Positions 9,053 to 18,344 of a stretch of DNA of 64,000 nt are shown piece by piece. A model generated the notes under the pieces. It did not search any database and was not told where the DNA came from. It saw only the letters and a program-made list of their open reading frames with translations. The stretch comes from Candidatus Woesearchaeota archaeon (GTDB lineage Archaea > Nanobdellota > Nanobdellia > Woesearchaeales > DSVV01). The stretch is taken from the NCBI GenBank assembly GCA_016192995.1, contig JACPTB010000001.1, positions 65,110-129,109 on the forward strand, read 5' to 3'. Each line of letters opens with the position of its first letter. The first letter of the stretch is position 1. Position numbers and translations under genes: made by a program.

Positions 9053-10156
9053 TTGTATATGAGTTTAGCACAAGATAAGAATTACATGCAACAAGCACTA
9101 GAACTTGCTCTTCGAGGCAATACGCTTCCTAATCCTTTTGTTGGCTGTGTTATTGTCAAGAATAATAAAGTCATTGCAACAGGTTATCATCGAAAGCCTG
9201 GTGAAGATCATGCTGAAATTAATGCACTATCTAAAATTAGCCTAAAAAAGGCAAAAGGTTCTACTATTTATTTGACGCTTGAACCATGCTGTCATTACGG
9301 CAAAACACCACCCTGCATTGACAACATACTTGCAGCAAAACCAAAACGTGTAGTTATTGGTATGAAAGATCCATTTCTCTTAGTTAATGGAAAAAGCATT
9401 GCTAAAATTAAAAAAGCTGGCATTGCCGTGAGTGTCGGTGTTTTAGAACATGAAATTAAAAAAGTAAACCGGGAATACATAAAATATATTACCAAAAAAG
9501 AGCCGTATGTATATTTAAAATCTGCGATTACAAAGGATGGAAAAATTACTTGGGCAGATGGTAAAAATAAACAAATTTCTGGAGAAGACGCGCGTATTTT
9601 TGTTCATAAGTTAAGAAACAGAGTTAATGCAATTCTCGTGGGAATTAATACAATACTTCATGATAATCCACGTTTAACAACCCGGCTTCCTGAAGCTGAG
9701 AAACATAAACGTATCAAACAGCGAGGAATGGATCCATTAAGGATTGTCCTCGACAGCACCCTGCGTATTCCTCTTAATGCAAGAGTTCTTAATAATAATC
9801 AAGTTATTATTGTCACGACAAGGAAAGGTTATGAAACAAGAAAAGCGCGATTGCTTGAAAAAAAAATCAAACGTTTTATCGTTTTCAAAGACCACATTAA
9901 CTTAAGAGTTTTGATGAAGATACTCGCAAAAGAAGAGCAAGTTGCAAGCATCTTGCTTGAAGGAGGAATGATTCTTAATACTTCAGCGATTAATAGCAAA
10001 ATAGTTGATAAATTAGTTCTGATTATTGGGGACTTTAAAGTAGGTAATGGTATGACCTTATTTAAAAAACAAGTCAAAAAATTTAAGTTGACTGATATCA
10101 AATCAAACCTTGCAGGCAATGACCTCATTGTAGTAGGTAAAGTTAAGTATATTTGA
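9053..10156 (+). CDS. ribD: bifunctional riboflavin biosynthesis deaminase/reductase RibD
   Basis: N-terminal CMP/dCMP-type deaminase Zn motif (HAEINAL ... LEPCCHYGKTPPC). C-terminal RibG reductase-like domain. Confidence 0.8.
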   Translation: MYMSLAQDKNYMQQALELALRGNTLPNPFVGCVIVKNNKVIATGYHRKPGEDHAEINALSKISLKKAKGSTIYLTLEPCCHYGKTPPCIDNILAAKPKRVVIGMKDPFLLVNGKSIAKIKKAGIAVSVGVLEHEIKKVNREYIKYITKKEPYVYLKSAITKDGKITWADGKNKQISGEDARIFVHKLRNRVNAILVGINTILHDNPRLTTRLPEAEKHKRIKQRGMDPLRIVLDSTLRIPLNARVLNNNQVIIVTTRKGYETRKARLLEKKIKRFIVFKDHINLRVLMKILAKEEQVASILLEGGMILNTSAINSKIVDKLVLIIGDFKVGNGMTLFKKQVKKFKLTDIKSNLAGNDLIVVGKVKYI

Positions 10157-10193
10157 TTACAGGGCAAACTCGAACTAAATAACAGGTGAAAAT

Positions 10194-10583
10194 GTGGGAT
10201 TAACTGAACCGGAAAATATGGATGATTTATTGTATTTCACGAATAGAGGAATTAAAGAAGGCAAAGTAAAAGCATGGGTTTATAAAAAGCTCTGCCCTCA
10301 ATGCAAAAAAGAAAAAATGGGAAAACCTGTTGGTGATGAAGGTAATATTAAAATCAGAGCAAAAGAATATCAATGTCCTGGTTGCAAATATACTGAAGAA
10401 AAGAAAGAACATGAAGAATCATTAAATTTAGAGGCAAAGTATACTTGTCCTGATTGCATGAAACAAGGCGAGGGCGCAACATTATACAAGAGGAAGAAAT
10501 TTCAAGGTGCAGATGCCTATGTTGTTGAATGCCAGCATTGCAAAGCTAAAATTCCAATAACTAAAAAATTAAAGGGTGTTTAA
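10194..10583 (+). CDS. zinc-ribbon protein with four CxxC pairs, unknown function
   Basis: CPQC, CPGC, CPDC and CQHC motifs with regular spacing. Lys-rich. Confidence 0.5.
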   Translation: MGLTEPENMDDLLYFTNRGIKEGKVKAWVYKKLCPQCKKEKMGKPVGDEGNIKIRAKEYQCPGCKYTEEKKEHEESLNLEAKYTCPDCMKQGEGATLYKRKKFQGADAYVVECQHCKAKIPITKKLKGV

Positions 10584-10586
10584 GAA

Positions 10587-10629
10587 GTACGTGGAAAGCT
10601 TAGAGCACTCCTCTAAGCTTTCCACGTAC
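10587..10629. repeat. 19-bp inverted repeat hairpin (GTACGTGGAAAGCTTAGAG-CACTC-CTCTAAGCTTTCCACGTAC)
   Basis: Perfect palindrome 4 nt after the stop of the Zn-ribbon gene. Starts with the GTACGT hexamer also found at family-1 MITE tips. Confidence 0.6.
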
Positions 10630-10673
10630 CATAGCTAACAATCTTTATATATACTACCCATAATACTGGTTCT

Positions 10674-11967
10674 ATGAATCCATTGCAAACAATTTCTCCA
10701 TTAGGCGGAAGATATTATGATAAAACTGAATTGTTAGTTCCTTTCTTTAGCGAACAGGCATTCTTTAAGTATAGAATTCTTGTTGAAACTGCCTACTTAG
10801 TAGCTCTATCTGAAGTAGAAGGATTTTGCTTGAGAAAATTTACTGATGAAGAAAAAGATTTTTTGAACAATCTTTCGAAACTTTCGCTGGAAGATACTGA
10901 AATTATTAAAGAGATTGAAACAAAAGGATATCAAGACATCCCTCCAACAAATCACGATGTTAAAGCAATTGAATATTTTATTAAACTGAGATTAGAAGCA
11001 ACGTCACTTCATGACTGCAAAGCATTTGTTCATTTTGAAAGTAGATCAGCTTATTCTGCTCATTAATTCTTTCGCAAAAAATTACCAGGATGTTCCTATG
11101 CTTGCAAGAACCCATGGACAACCTGCATCCCCAACAACAGTCGGCAAAGAGTTTCTTGTATTTAATAGCCGGCTTAAAAGGCAATTAGAATACTTAAAAT
11201 CCCATAAAATAACAGGAAAATTAAATGGCGCTACTGGCAATTATAATGCGCAGGTTGCTGCATTTCCATCTATTGATTGGATTAAATTTTCAGAGCAGTT
11301 TATTTCTTCATTAGGAATTGAACCAAATCTAATTACAACACAAGTTGAGCCGAAAGATAGTTATGCTGAAGTATTTGATTGTTTACGAAGGATAAATGTT
11401 ATTCTCCTTGATTTTTCACAAGATATGTGGCGTTATATCAGTGACAACTGGTTTATTCAAAAACCAGTAGCTGGAGAGATTGGGAGTTCAACGATGCCGC
11501 ATAAAATAAATCCTATTGATTTTGAAAATGCAGAAGGCAATCTAGGATTAGCAAATGCATTGTTTGATTTTTTTTCTCGAAAATTACCCATTTCAAGATT
11601 GCAGCGCGACTTGTCAGATTCCACTGTTTTGAGGAATATAGGGGTTGCTTTTGGCCACTGCTTAGTTGCTTATGAAGCACTGTTTAAAGGGGTATCAAAA
11701 ATCGAAGTGAATAAAGAAGAATTAGTAAAAGCGTTGCAAGATCATCCTGAAATAATTACTGAGGGAATACAAACGATATTACGAAGAGAAGGCTTAACTA
11801 CAGCTTACGAACAATTAAAGGAGTTAACAAGAGGGAAAAAAGTGACTTTACAAGAAATTTATTCTTTTGTTGAACAATTAGATTGTTCATTGCGGGTAAA
11901 AGAAGATCTAAAGAAAATAAATCCAGCAAATTATGTTGGGATAAGCTTCCGGCTCTGTCCCGAATGA
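10674..11967 (+). pseudogene. purB: adenylosuccinate lyase (purB), disrupted: two overlapping frames, 10674-11066 and 11011-11967
   Basis: N-terminal part (SPLGGRYY..) is in frame 0. The remainder (MLARTHGQPASPTTVGKEF ... SSTMPHKINPIDFENAEGNLG) is in frame +1. The expected HFG.TS.D..DTA segment between them appears missing or shifted. The last five codons and the stop (11965-11967) come from the MITE at 11951-12113. Confidence 0.6.
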
Positions 11968-12113
11968 AGTTTTTGGTGCCATGCTGGTGATTATCCTTCC
12001 AATTAGTACGTGGGAAAAAAGGAAGTTCCAGTAGGAATTTTTTCCTTCTTATCAATAAGTGGGATAATCACGGCACCAAAACCGAGGCGTTAGCCGAGAT
12101 TCGGGACAGAGCC
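11951..12113. mobile_element. MITE, family 3 (TIR GGCTCTGTCCCGAAT...ATTCGGGACAGAGCC)
   Basis: Terminal inverted repeats. Flanking 9-mers TAAGCTTCC / TAAACTTCC (TSD with one mismatch). Same internal GGTGCCATGCTGGTGATTATC module as 8839-9011. Confidence 0.75.
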
Positions 12114-12157
12114 TAAACTTCCAATAACTATAAAAAGCCATCAACCATAAATCTACT

Positions 12158-13282
12158 ATGAAATCCTATTATTTCGACTATGCTGCCGCCACCCCTATTT
12201 GTAAAGAAGCATTAGAAGAATATAATTATATCAGTGAGAAATTCTTTGCTAACCCATCCAGCAGCCATTATCTTGGAAATCTCGCAAAACAAAAATTGGA
12301 AGAATACCGAATGCGAGCTGCAAAGATATTACATTGTTTGCCTGAAGAGATTATTTTTACATCAGGAGGAACAGAAAGTAACTTTATTGCAATTTCTGGT
12401 GTTATTAATAATAATTATGATAATCAGAGTGAAATTATTACTTCTCATCTTGAACATCCTTCAATTATAGAAGTTTGTAAACAGAAAACTAAACAGGTAA
12501 AGTATGCCACTGTTGACAAAACAGGTATTGTTTCATGTATTGATTTGAAAAAGAAAATTACGCGCAAAACAAAACTTATCACTATTCATTATGCTAATAA
12601 CGAGCTTGGCTGCATTCAACCATTGTCTAACATTAAAAAAATAAGCAATAATATTATTTTTCACAGTGACGCGTGCCAAGGTGCATTGCTTGAACTCAAT
12701 GTTAAAAAATTAGGTGTTGATTTATTAACCTTAAATTCTGCAAAATGTTATGGGCCTCGAGGAGTTGGTTTATTGTATAAGAAAGAGAGCATTTCTCTTT
12801 CACCGGTTATAGTCGGAGGAGGGCAGGAGTTTGGCTTGCGCTCTGGCACACATAATTTAGCGGGCATTGGAAGCTTTGTTGTTGCGTTAGAAGTAGTGCA
12901 AAAACAAAGGAAAAAAATATTGGAAAAATTAACTTTATTAAGAAATTATTTTATAATAAAAATAAAACAGAGTATTGCAAATCTCCTGATTAATCAAACT
13001 AAACAATCGAAAAATCAGTTGCCAAGTATTATTAATATCGGTTTTAAAAGTATTGTTGCTGAAGAATTAATTAATTACTTATCTTCTCAGGGAATTGCTA
13101 TTTCAAAAGGAAGCGCTTGCAGTGCAGGGATTATAACCTTAAGTCACGTGTTACAAGCTATTAATGCTAATCCTGATTATGGATATATCAGGATCTCTTT
13201 TGGCAAAGATACGACACAACAAGAAGTGGATTATCTAATTAAATCCTTGATTTTCATCGTAAATAGTTTAAGGAACTGTTGA
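12158..13282 (+). CDS. cysteine desulfurase / class V aminotransferase (IscS/NifS-like)
   Basis: HLEHPS, FHSDACQG and LNSAKCYGPRGVG (PLP-lysine region) motifs. Confidence 0.75.
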   Translation: MKSYYFDYAAATPICKEALEEYNYISEKFFANPSSSHYLGNLAKQKLEEYRMRAAKILHCLPEEIIFTSGGTESNFIAISGVINNNYDNQSEIITSHLEHPSIIEVCKQKTKQVKYATVDKTGIVSCIDLKKKITRKTKLITIHYANNELGCIQPLSNIKKISNNIIFHSDACQGALLELNVKKLGVDLLTLNSAKCYGPRGVGLLYKKESISLSPVIVGGGQEFGLRSGTHNLAGIGSFVVALEVVQKQRKKILEKLTLLRNYFIIKIKQSIANLLINQTKQSKNQLPSIINIGFKSIVAEELINYLSSQGIAISKGSACSAGIITLSHVLQAINANPDYGYIRISFGKDTTQQEVDYLIKSLIFIVNSLRNC

Positions 13283-13340
13283 ATAGTGATTGTTTAAGTA
13301 AGTACATAAAATTTATAATAAAAACTTCTTTACAAAGAAT

Positions 13341-14105
13341 ATGTACCGATTAGATGGACATAGAGCATATTTATCAGTAGGAGGGGAATGTGCATATCGC
13401 TGTACCTATTGTTATACACTAGTTCCTAGTTATAATCACCAACGAGCAATAGGTATAACTGATTTAGGTTTAGATCTAAATGAATTAGTTCTTGAACACA
13501 GAGTTGAAGTAGTTAAAGTAGGTTGTGACACTGAAGTTTTTGTCAACCCTGCATTTGGTCTTGAAGTGATAAGAAAAATAGCTAAATGGGGAACACATAT
13601 ATCATTTGCTACAAAACAAAATTTATTAGAAGGAACTGTTGAAGAATTAGCTGAAATTTGTGCTGAAATGGAAAGTAGAAAAAAACCTAAAAAACTTATT
13701 GCATTTGTATCTTTGCTTGGTCGTGAAATAGCAGATTCTTTTGAAAGGGGAGTTCCGACTTACCAAGACAGAGTTGAAACAGTGAAACGATTGTATGCAG
13801 TGGGTATTCCTACGTTTGTTTATATGAAACCTCTGATGCCAACAATACCTACTAAAGCAATAGATAATGTAATAGAAGAAACAACAGGTAATTGTTCTGG
13901 TTATGTTGTTGGTTCAGGTGTGTTTTCAAAATCACAACTTAAGATAACACAAGCAACTGATGCAACTCCAATTGCTATTCCTAAATGGTTTTCAAGTGGA
14001 ACTCAAGGACAATTCTTTAGTGTTATTGATGAACGCATACAATCTTATTTGAGAAGAGCTGGTTTCTTTTCATGTTCAGATCATGCAATAAATTATGTAC
14101 TTTGA
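13341..14105 (+). CDS. radical SAM protein, spore-photoproduct-lyase-like (SplB family) DNA repair enzyme candidate
   Basis: GECAYRCTYCYT matches the C...C..C radical SAM cluster motif in the SPL-type C.YRC.YCY context. Confidence 0.55.
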   Translation: MYRLDGHRAYLSVGGECAYRCTYCYTLVPSYNHQRAIGITDLGLDLNELVLEHRVEVVKVGCDTEVFVNPAFGLEVIRKIAKWGTHISFATKQNLLEGTVEELAEICAEMESRKKPKKLIAFVSLLGREIADSFERGVPTYQDRVETVKRLYAVGIPTFVYMKPLMPTIPTKAIDNVIEETTGNCSGYVVGSGVFSKSQLKITQATDATPIAIPKWFSSGTQGQFFSVIDERIQSYLRRAGFFSCSDHAINYVL

Positions 14106-14115
14106 CCGTCTCAAC

Positions 14116-14323
14116 GGCTCTGGTGAAAATCTCGGCATAGCCTCGGTTTTATTAAAAATCACTATTTTTAATCCCTGAGATCCTTCGGATTCAGGTGACA
14201 TCAGTTCGGCTTTTTATTGGTTCATGTTATTGGATTTTTCTCTCTGGCACTCCGAAAAATCCTCACTTATGAAATTAAAGAGCCTCACCAAAAGATGCCA
14301 AAAACTACATTTTCACCAGAGCC
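14116..14323. mobile_element. MITE, family 2 (TIR GGCTCTGGTGAAAAT...ATTTTCACCAGAGCC)
   Basis: 9-bp TSD CGTCTCAAC at 14107-14115 and 14324-14332. Inserted 2 nt after the radical-SAM gene stop. Contains the shared core at 14232-14262. Confidence 0.85.
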
Positions 14324-14375
14324 CGTCTCAACATAAAAATTAAGAAGGTAAATAAGAATCAGCAAGAGCTTTAAA

Positions 14376-14428
14376 TCCTTAAAATAAAAGAATAAATGAT
14401 TGAAATGATTGAAAAGCCTCTGGCGGGA
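14376..14428. repeat. direct duplicate of the tRNA-Thr 3' end plus flank (AAGAATAAATGATTGAAAAGCCTCTGGCGGGAATTGAA)
   Basis: About 45 bp repeated at 14376-14428 and 14510-14557. The second copy is the genuine 3' end of tRNA-Thr. Confidence 0.7.
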
Positions 14429-14533
14429 ATTGAAGCCGCGCAGCCTTTTAAAAAAAGCCTGGGGAAAACAAAGCAAGTACGACATTTACTTTGTAAAGTC
14501 GTACGAATGAAGAACAAGAATAAATGATTGAAA

Positions 14534-14605
14534 AGCCTCTGGCGGGAATTGAACCCGCGACCTCTACCTTACCAAGGTAACGCTCTACCACTGAGCCACA
14601 GAGGC
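14534..14605 (-). tRNA. tRNA-Thr (anticodon GGT)
   Basis: Reverse complement GCCTCTGTGGCTCAGTGGTAGAGCGTTACCTTGGTAAGGTAGAGGTCGCGGGTTCAATTCCCGCCAGAGGCT folds into a canonical cloverleaf with anticodon loop TTGGTAA. Confidence 0.85.
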
Positions 14606-14649
14606 AAATGATAAGATAAATTAATCATTCATTTTTAAATGTTCTTAAT

Positions 14650-15375
14650 CTATTTCATTGCAATCGTGCTTGGCGCTCTTCTCCCAACTGAAGGGCCTTC
14701 TTTAACAGTAAATCCTGCGTTTTTAAGATTATCACGTACCATTCTGGCACAACTATACGTCGTAAGAATACCGCCTTTCTTAAGCAGCTTAAAAATATCT
14801 TTAAATAATTCTTCATTCCATAATTCTGGACATTTTTTTGGTGAAAACGGATCAAAAAAACAGATATCAAATGTTTCAAATTCAGAGATGGCTTTAATCT
14901 TATCCCGTACATCACCCAACATTACTTTAACACAAACATTTTCTCGCTTGATCTCATAATATTGGTGTTTATTGTTTTCAATTTTATTTTTAATAACTTG
15001 TTTAATCAGGTTATAGTGTTTGAAAGAAGGATTAATCTCAAGAATTTTACTTAAAATATCTTCATCAATTTCAAAGCCAACCACTGCAACATTACAAGAA
15101 GGATTTTCCAACAAAATAATATCCAGTGCAGCAGCAGAATTATATCCTAAGCCAAAGCAAATATCCAATATCTTAATTGAACCTTTTTTTGCAAGTTCTT
15201 TTACTTGAGTTGGTTCGGCAAATTTCTTCAACGCCTCTTCAACAGCGCCAGAAGTGCTATGGTAGGTTTCTTGGCTCTGCTCGTTAAAAAACGTTACACT
15301 TCCATCATTAGTTAGCACTTGTTTCATAACAAAACCTTTTTCAAAATCCTTTTCTATTTTTAAGAAATGCAACAA
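14650..15375 (-). CDS. SAM-dependent methyltransferase, MnmC N-terminal (DUF752)-like
   Basis: DICFGLGYN (SAM motif I), FFDPFSPKKCPELW and GGILTTYSCA resemble the MnmC2 family. Confidence 0.5.
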   Translation of the reverse strand: MLHFLKIEKDFEKGFVMKQVLTNDGSVTFFNEQSQETYHSTSGAVEEALKKFAEPTQVKELAKKGSIKILDICFGLGYNSAAALDIILLENPSCNVAVVGFEIDEDILSKILEINPSFKHYNLIKQVIKNKIENNKHQYYEIKRENVCVKVMLGDVRDKIKAISEFETFDICFFDPFSPKKCPELWNEELFKDIFKLLKKGGILTTYSCARMVRDNLKNAGFTVKEGPSVGRRAPSTIAMK

Positions 15376-15907
15376 AGTTTTCAGCTAAAACTAGTTCTCC
15401 ATGTTCGATAACATATCTAAAGGGCAGAATAACCTCTTCCCCATCATCCATCGGAATAACCAGTTCATCAATAAAATTGAACTCTTCAAATTTCATTCCT
15501 GATAATATTTTCCAGCTAACATAAACTGCAGTGTTTGTTGACATTTGAACATTGCCAATATTTCTTTTTTCACAGATAAGGTGTTCGCTGAGTTTAGTTT
15601 TTGTTCTTTTGTCAGCAGGGTAATTTCCTAGAATGCCACCAAAAATAAAATAATCAAATTTATTTTTATCATCAGGAGATAATGTTTTCTCAGCTAAAGG
15701 ATCAAGAATGCAGACTTTTTTAAGATTTAAAGCAATGACTGATTTGTTCTCAACAGAACCTAATGGTTTCAATTTTTCAGCTGCTGAACTTCCTTTAATA
15801 TTAGTAAACATAATATTTTCTTTGCCAACAGTTTTACTGCAATGCGTGTATTCCAATAATGACCAATTATACAATCGTCCGTCTAAGTGTTCAATAATGA
15901 ATTTCAT
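15341..15907 (-). CDS. SPOUT-class methyltransferase, Sfm1/PF04252-like
   Basis: MKFIIEHLDG..WSLLEY, CILDPLAEKTLSPDDKNKFDYFIFGGILGNYPADKRTK and LPFRYV closely parallel the Sfm1-family pattern as recalled from memory. Confidence 0.55.
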   Translation of the reverse strand: MKFIIEHLDGRLYNWSLLEYTHCSKTVGKENIMFTNIKGSSAAEKLKPLGSVENKSVIALNLKKVCILDPLAEKTLSPDDKNKFDYFIFGGILGNYPADKRTKTKLSEHLICEKRNIGNVQMSTNTAVYVSWKILSGMKFEEFNFIDELVIPMDDGEEVILPFRYVIEHGELVLAENFVAFLKNRKGF

Positions 15908-15950
15908 AAAATTAAAAAATGATGAGGGATTTATAAATTATGTTCATTAT

Positions 15951-16112
15951 GGCTCTGGTGAAAATATAGTTTTTGGCATCTTCTCGTGAGGCTCTTCAAA
16001 GTAATGTGTGGGAATTTTTCGGAGTGCCAGAGAGAAAAATCCAATAAAATAAATCCATTAAAAGCCGAACTGATGCCAAAACCGAGGCTATGCCGAGATT
16101 TTCATCAGAGCC
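15951..16112. mobile_element. MITE, family 2
   Basis: TIR GGCTCTGGTGAAAAT / ATTTTCATCAGAGCC. 9-bp TSD GTTCATTAT at 15942-15950 and 16113-16121. It supplies the last two codons and the TGA stop of the ORF at 16105-16614. Confidence 0.85.
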
Positions 16113-16614
16113 GTTCATTATAGGTTGGGACAAGAAGTAAAGTATCACGTAATATTCTTATAGGATCAACTAAACTTCCCGGGGAAAATTCTGAAGCAAA
16201 AGAAGGATTTTGATCTACCACAGTAAATCTATTATTATTCATTGGTAATATAACCTGCTGCAGAAAATCACCATGTTTATAATCATAAGATATTGATAAT
16301 TGAGGTACTTTATTAGATACTACTATTTGCACTAATTTTCTGTATTCCATATTTTCTGGTCCAAAAGCAACAAAGCAAGTGTAACTGCCATCATCATTTA
16401 GCTGAATTTTTCTTGAATTGCAAGCAGCGGTCTTTTTAATATAATGATACAATCGTTGGGCATAAAAATTAATTTGCTCCTCTCTTGACATAAATTCATA
16501 GGGAGACGGATCAGGGTCAATGATAAAATCAATGCAGCCTGGCTGAAACAATAATCCGAAACCTAAAGCAGCTTGTACCGTCAATTTTCTTATAATGGAG
16601 GTTAATTCCATCAC
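16105..16614 (-). CDS. hypothetical protein
   Basis: 169-aa ORF with no recognisable motif. The C-terminus ends inside the MITE. Confidence 0.4.
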   Translation of the reverse strand: MMELTSIIRKLTVQAALGFGLLFQPGCIDFIIDPDPSPYEFMSREEQINFYAQRLYHYIKKTAACNSRKIQLNDDGSYTCFVAFGPENMEYRKLVQIVVSNKVPQLSISYDYKHGDFLQQVILPMNNNRFTVVDQNPSFASEFSPGSLVDPIRILRDTLLLVPTYNERL

Positions 16615-16675
16615 TTAAAGAAAAAAAGGCCGATTTAAATAAATGATCAAAATTTAATCATTTAATCACATTTAA

Positions 16676-16840
16676 TCATAATCAGTCATATATTCTTCTA
16701 ACTCATATTTGTTAAAATGAGTTCTATTCATTATTTCTCTGAGGCTTTTTTCTTTATCCTTATCAACGCTTTTCTTTGCCTGTATCTGATGTACTTCTTC
16801 TACTTCTTCAAACATTTCTTCATGCATCTTAGTCACCATA
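16676..16840 (-). CDS. small acidic hypothetical protein (54 aa, below ORF-track cutoff)
   Basis: ATG-TAA frame MVTKMHEEMFEEVEEVHQIQAKKSVDKDKEKSLREIMNRTHFNKYELEEYMTDY in an otherwise ORF-free AT-rich region divergent from vapBC. Confidence 0.2.
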
Positions 16841-16954
16841 TAGTAGTTTTTATAGATTTTAGTAGTTAATAGGTTATTTATATAGTTTACTACTACAAAG
16901 TACTCTATATATTAAGCGAAATATTTATATACACGTACGTGTACACGTACGTGT

Positions 16955-17206
16955 ATGGCAACAAAAACATTGACTATAACGGAAGATGCGTATAATCTTT
17001 TGAAGACACAAAAGTTAGCAGATGAAAGTTTCTCTGAAGAGATAAGTAGATTATTGTCTGAAAAGAAAAAAGGCTCTATTTGGAATTATTATGGGATATT
17101 ATCAGAAGAGGATGGACAAGCTATAATGGACCATTATTTGGAACGAAAAAAGGGAAATATTATTGAAGCAAAAAAGAGGTTGCAACGTATACATGGCATT
17201 ACTTGA
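16955..17206 (+). CDS. vapB: type II antitoxin VapB-like
   Basis: Small ORF overlapping the downstream PIN gene by 14 nt. Typical antitoxin size and arrangement. Confidence 0.6.
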   Translation: MATKTLTITEDAYNLLKTQKLADESFSEEISRLLSEKKKGSIWNYYGILSEEDGQAIMDHYLERKKGNIIEAKKRLQRIHGIT

Positions 17207-17579
17207 TACAACATATTTGATCGACCTCTTAAGAGGGAAAAAGGAAACTGAAAATATAAAAGGAAAATATCCAGAATTGTTTACGACACAGATTAATATG
17301 TATGAAGTTATATCAGGACTATTTTTGAAAAATGTTACTTCACGTGATTTACCAAGAGCATTAGAATTTTTTAACCAAATCAATGTGCTTCCCTTAAATG
17401 ATAATGCTCTGATTAAATCAGCAGAAATTTATGCTTATTTAGTTAAAAAAGGGGAGCCCATAGATGATTGTGATTGCCTTATAGGAGGCATTGCACTAGC
17501 ACATGGAGTTACTACTGTTGTAACTAAGAATGTGAAACACTTTGAACGTATAAATGGATTAAAAATAGAAACATATTAA
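17193..17579 (+). CDS. vapC: PIN-domain toxin VapC
   Basis: MALLDTTYLIDLLRG start with acidic residues spaced as in PIN domains (D5, E, D near C-terminus ...DDCDCLIGGIALAH). Start moved to 17193. Confidence 0.75.
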   Translation: MALLDTTYLIDLLRGKKETENIKGKYPELFTTQINMYEVISGLFLKNVTSRDLPRALEFFNQINVLPLNDNALIKSAEIYAYLVKKGEPIDDCDCLIGGIALAHGVTTVVTKNVKHFERINGLKIETY

Positions 17580-17603
17580 ATACCTCGCTGGTTCTATCCT
17601 AAT

Positions 17604-18335
17604 ATGGTACTAAAAGAGGTCTTAGAATATGAAATAGCTGAAGGAATTATTCTGTTCGTTTTCCCTCACCAGCAGCTTATGACTAAAACCTTCATGCGTT
17701 TTCAAGAGCATTATGAATCGCCAAGATTCAGGGGCAAATTCTTTTCACGTGACGAATTTGAAGTATGGTATAATGGCCAAAAAGGCGCAAATACTGATGG
17801 AAGCTGTAAATACTACGATGACTGGAACGGATTTAATGTTCCTTCGCTTTTTTTCGATCCTTTTTACCAGGGAAAATTTGATCCTCTTGATGCCTATGAA
17901 AAAGCTTTGCTTGATCGATTAAAAAAGCGAAAACATCCTTTCTATGTTATTGGCATTCACGCACATTCAGAAAAACCAGCTTTACAGCATGAAATTGCTC
18001 ATGGATTATTTTATGCAAATCCTGCTTACAAAAAAGAAGTGCTTTATGCTCTTAAAGGAATTGACGTGTCTACAATATTAAAATATCTTGAAGAATCCGA
18101 CGGTTATCATCCAGATGTCTGGCAGGATGAAGTACATGCCCATATACTTTCAAGCAGAACAAAGTTAAAAGAGAAAGAAGTTGACTTTCAACCGTATGAA
18201 GAAATGCTGGTGAAATTAGATGTTATTTTTGAGAAATATTTCAAACCAAAGAACATTGCTCAATTTAAGTCTTTAATCCAGCGCTATGATAATACTGAGC
18301 ATGAATTACAGGATGATTTTAATTTTCTTTTTTAA
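17604..18335 (+). CDS. hypothetical protein with HExxH motif (HEIAHG); possible SprT/DUF45-like metallohydrolase
   Basis: HEIAHGLFYANP is the only recognisable motif. Second His-rich patch HAHSEKP. Confidence 0.4.
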   Translation: MVLKEVLEYEIAEGIILFVFPHQQLMTKTFMRFQEHYESPRFRGKFFSRDEFEVWYNGQKGANTDGSCKYYDDWNGFNVPSLFFDPFYQGKFDPLDAYEKALLDRLKKRKHPFYVIGIHAHSEKPALQHEIAHGLFYANPAYKKEVLYALKGIDVSTILKYLEESDGYHPDVWQDEVHAHILSSRTKLKEKEVDFQPYEEMLVKLDVIFEKYFKPKNIAQFKSLIQRYDNTEHELQDDFNFLF

Positions 18336-18344
18336 CAAAAAACA

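Noticed and set aside
14285-14485. 66-aa ORF
   Set aside because: It spans a MITE end and the duplicated tRNA fragment. It is a read-through of repeat sequence.
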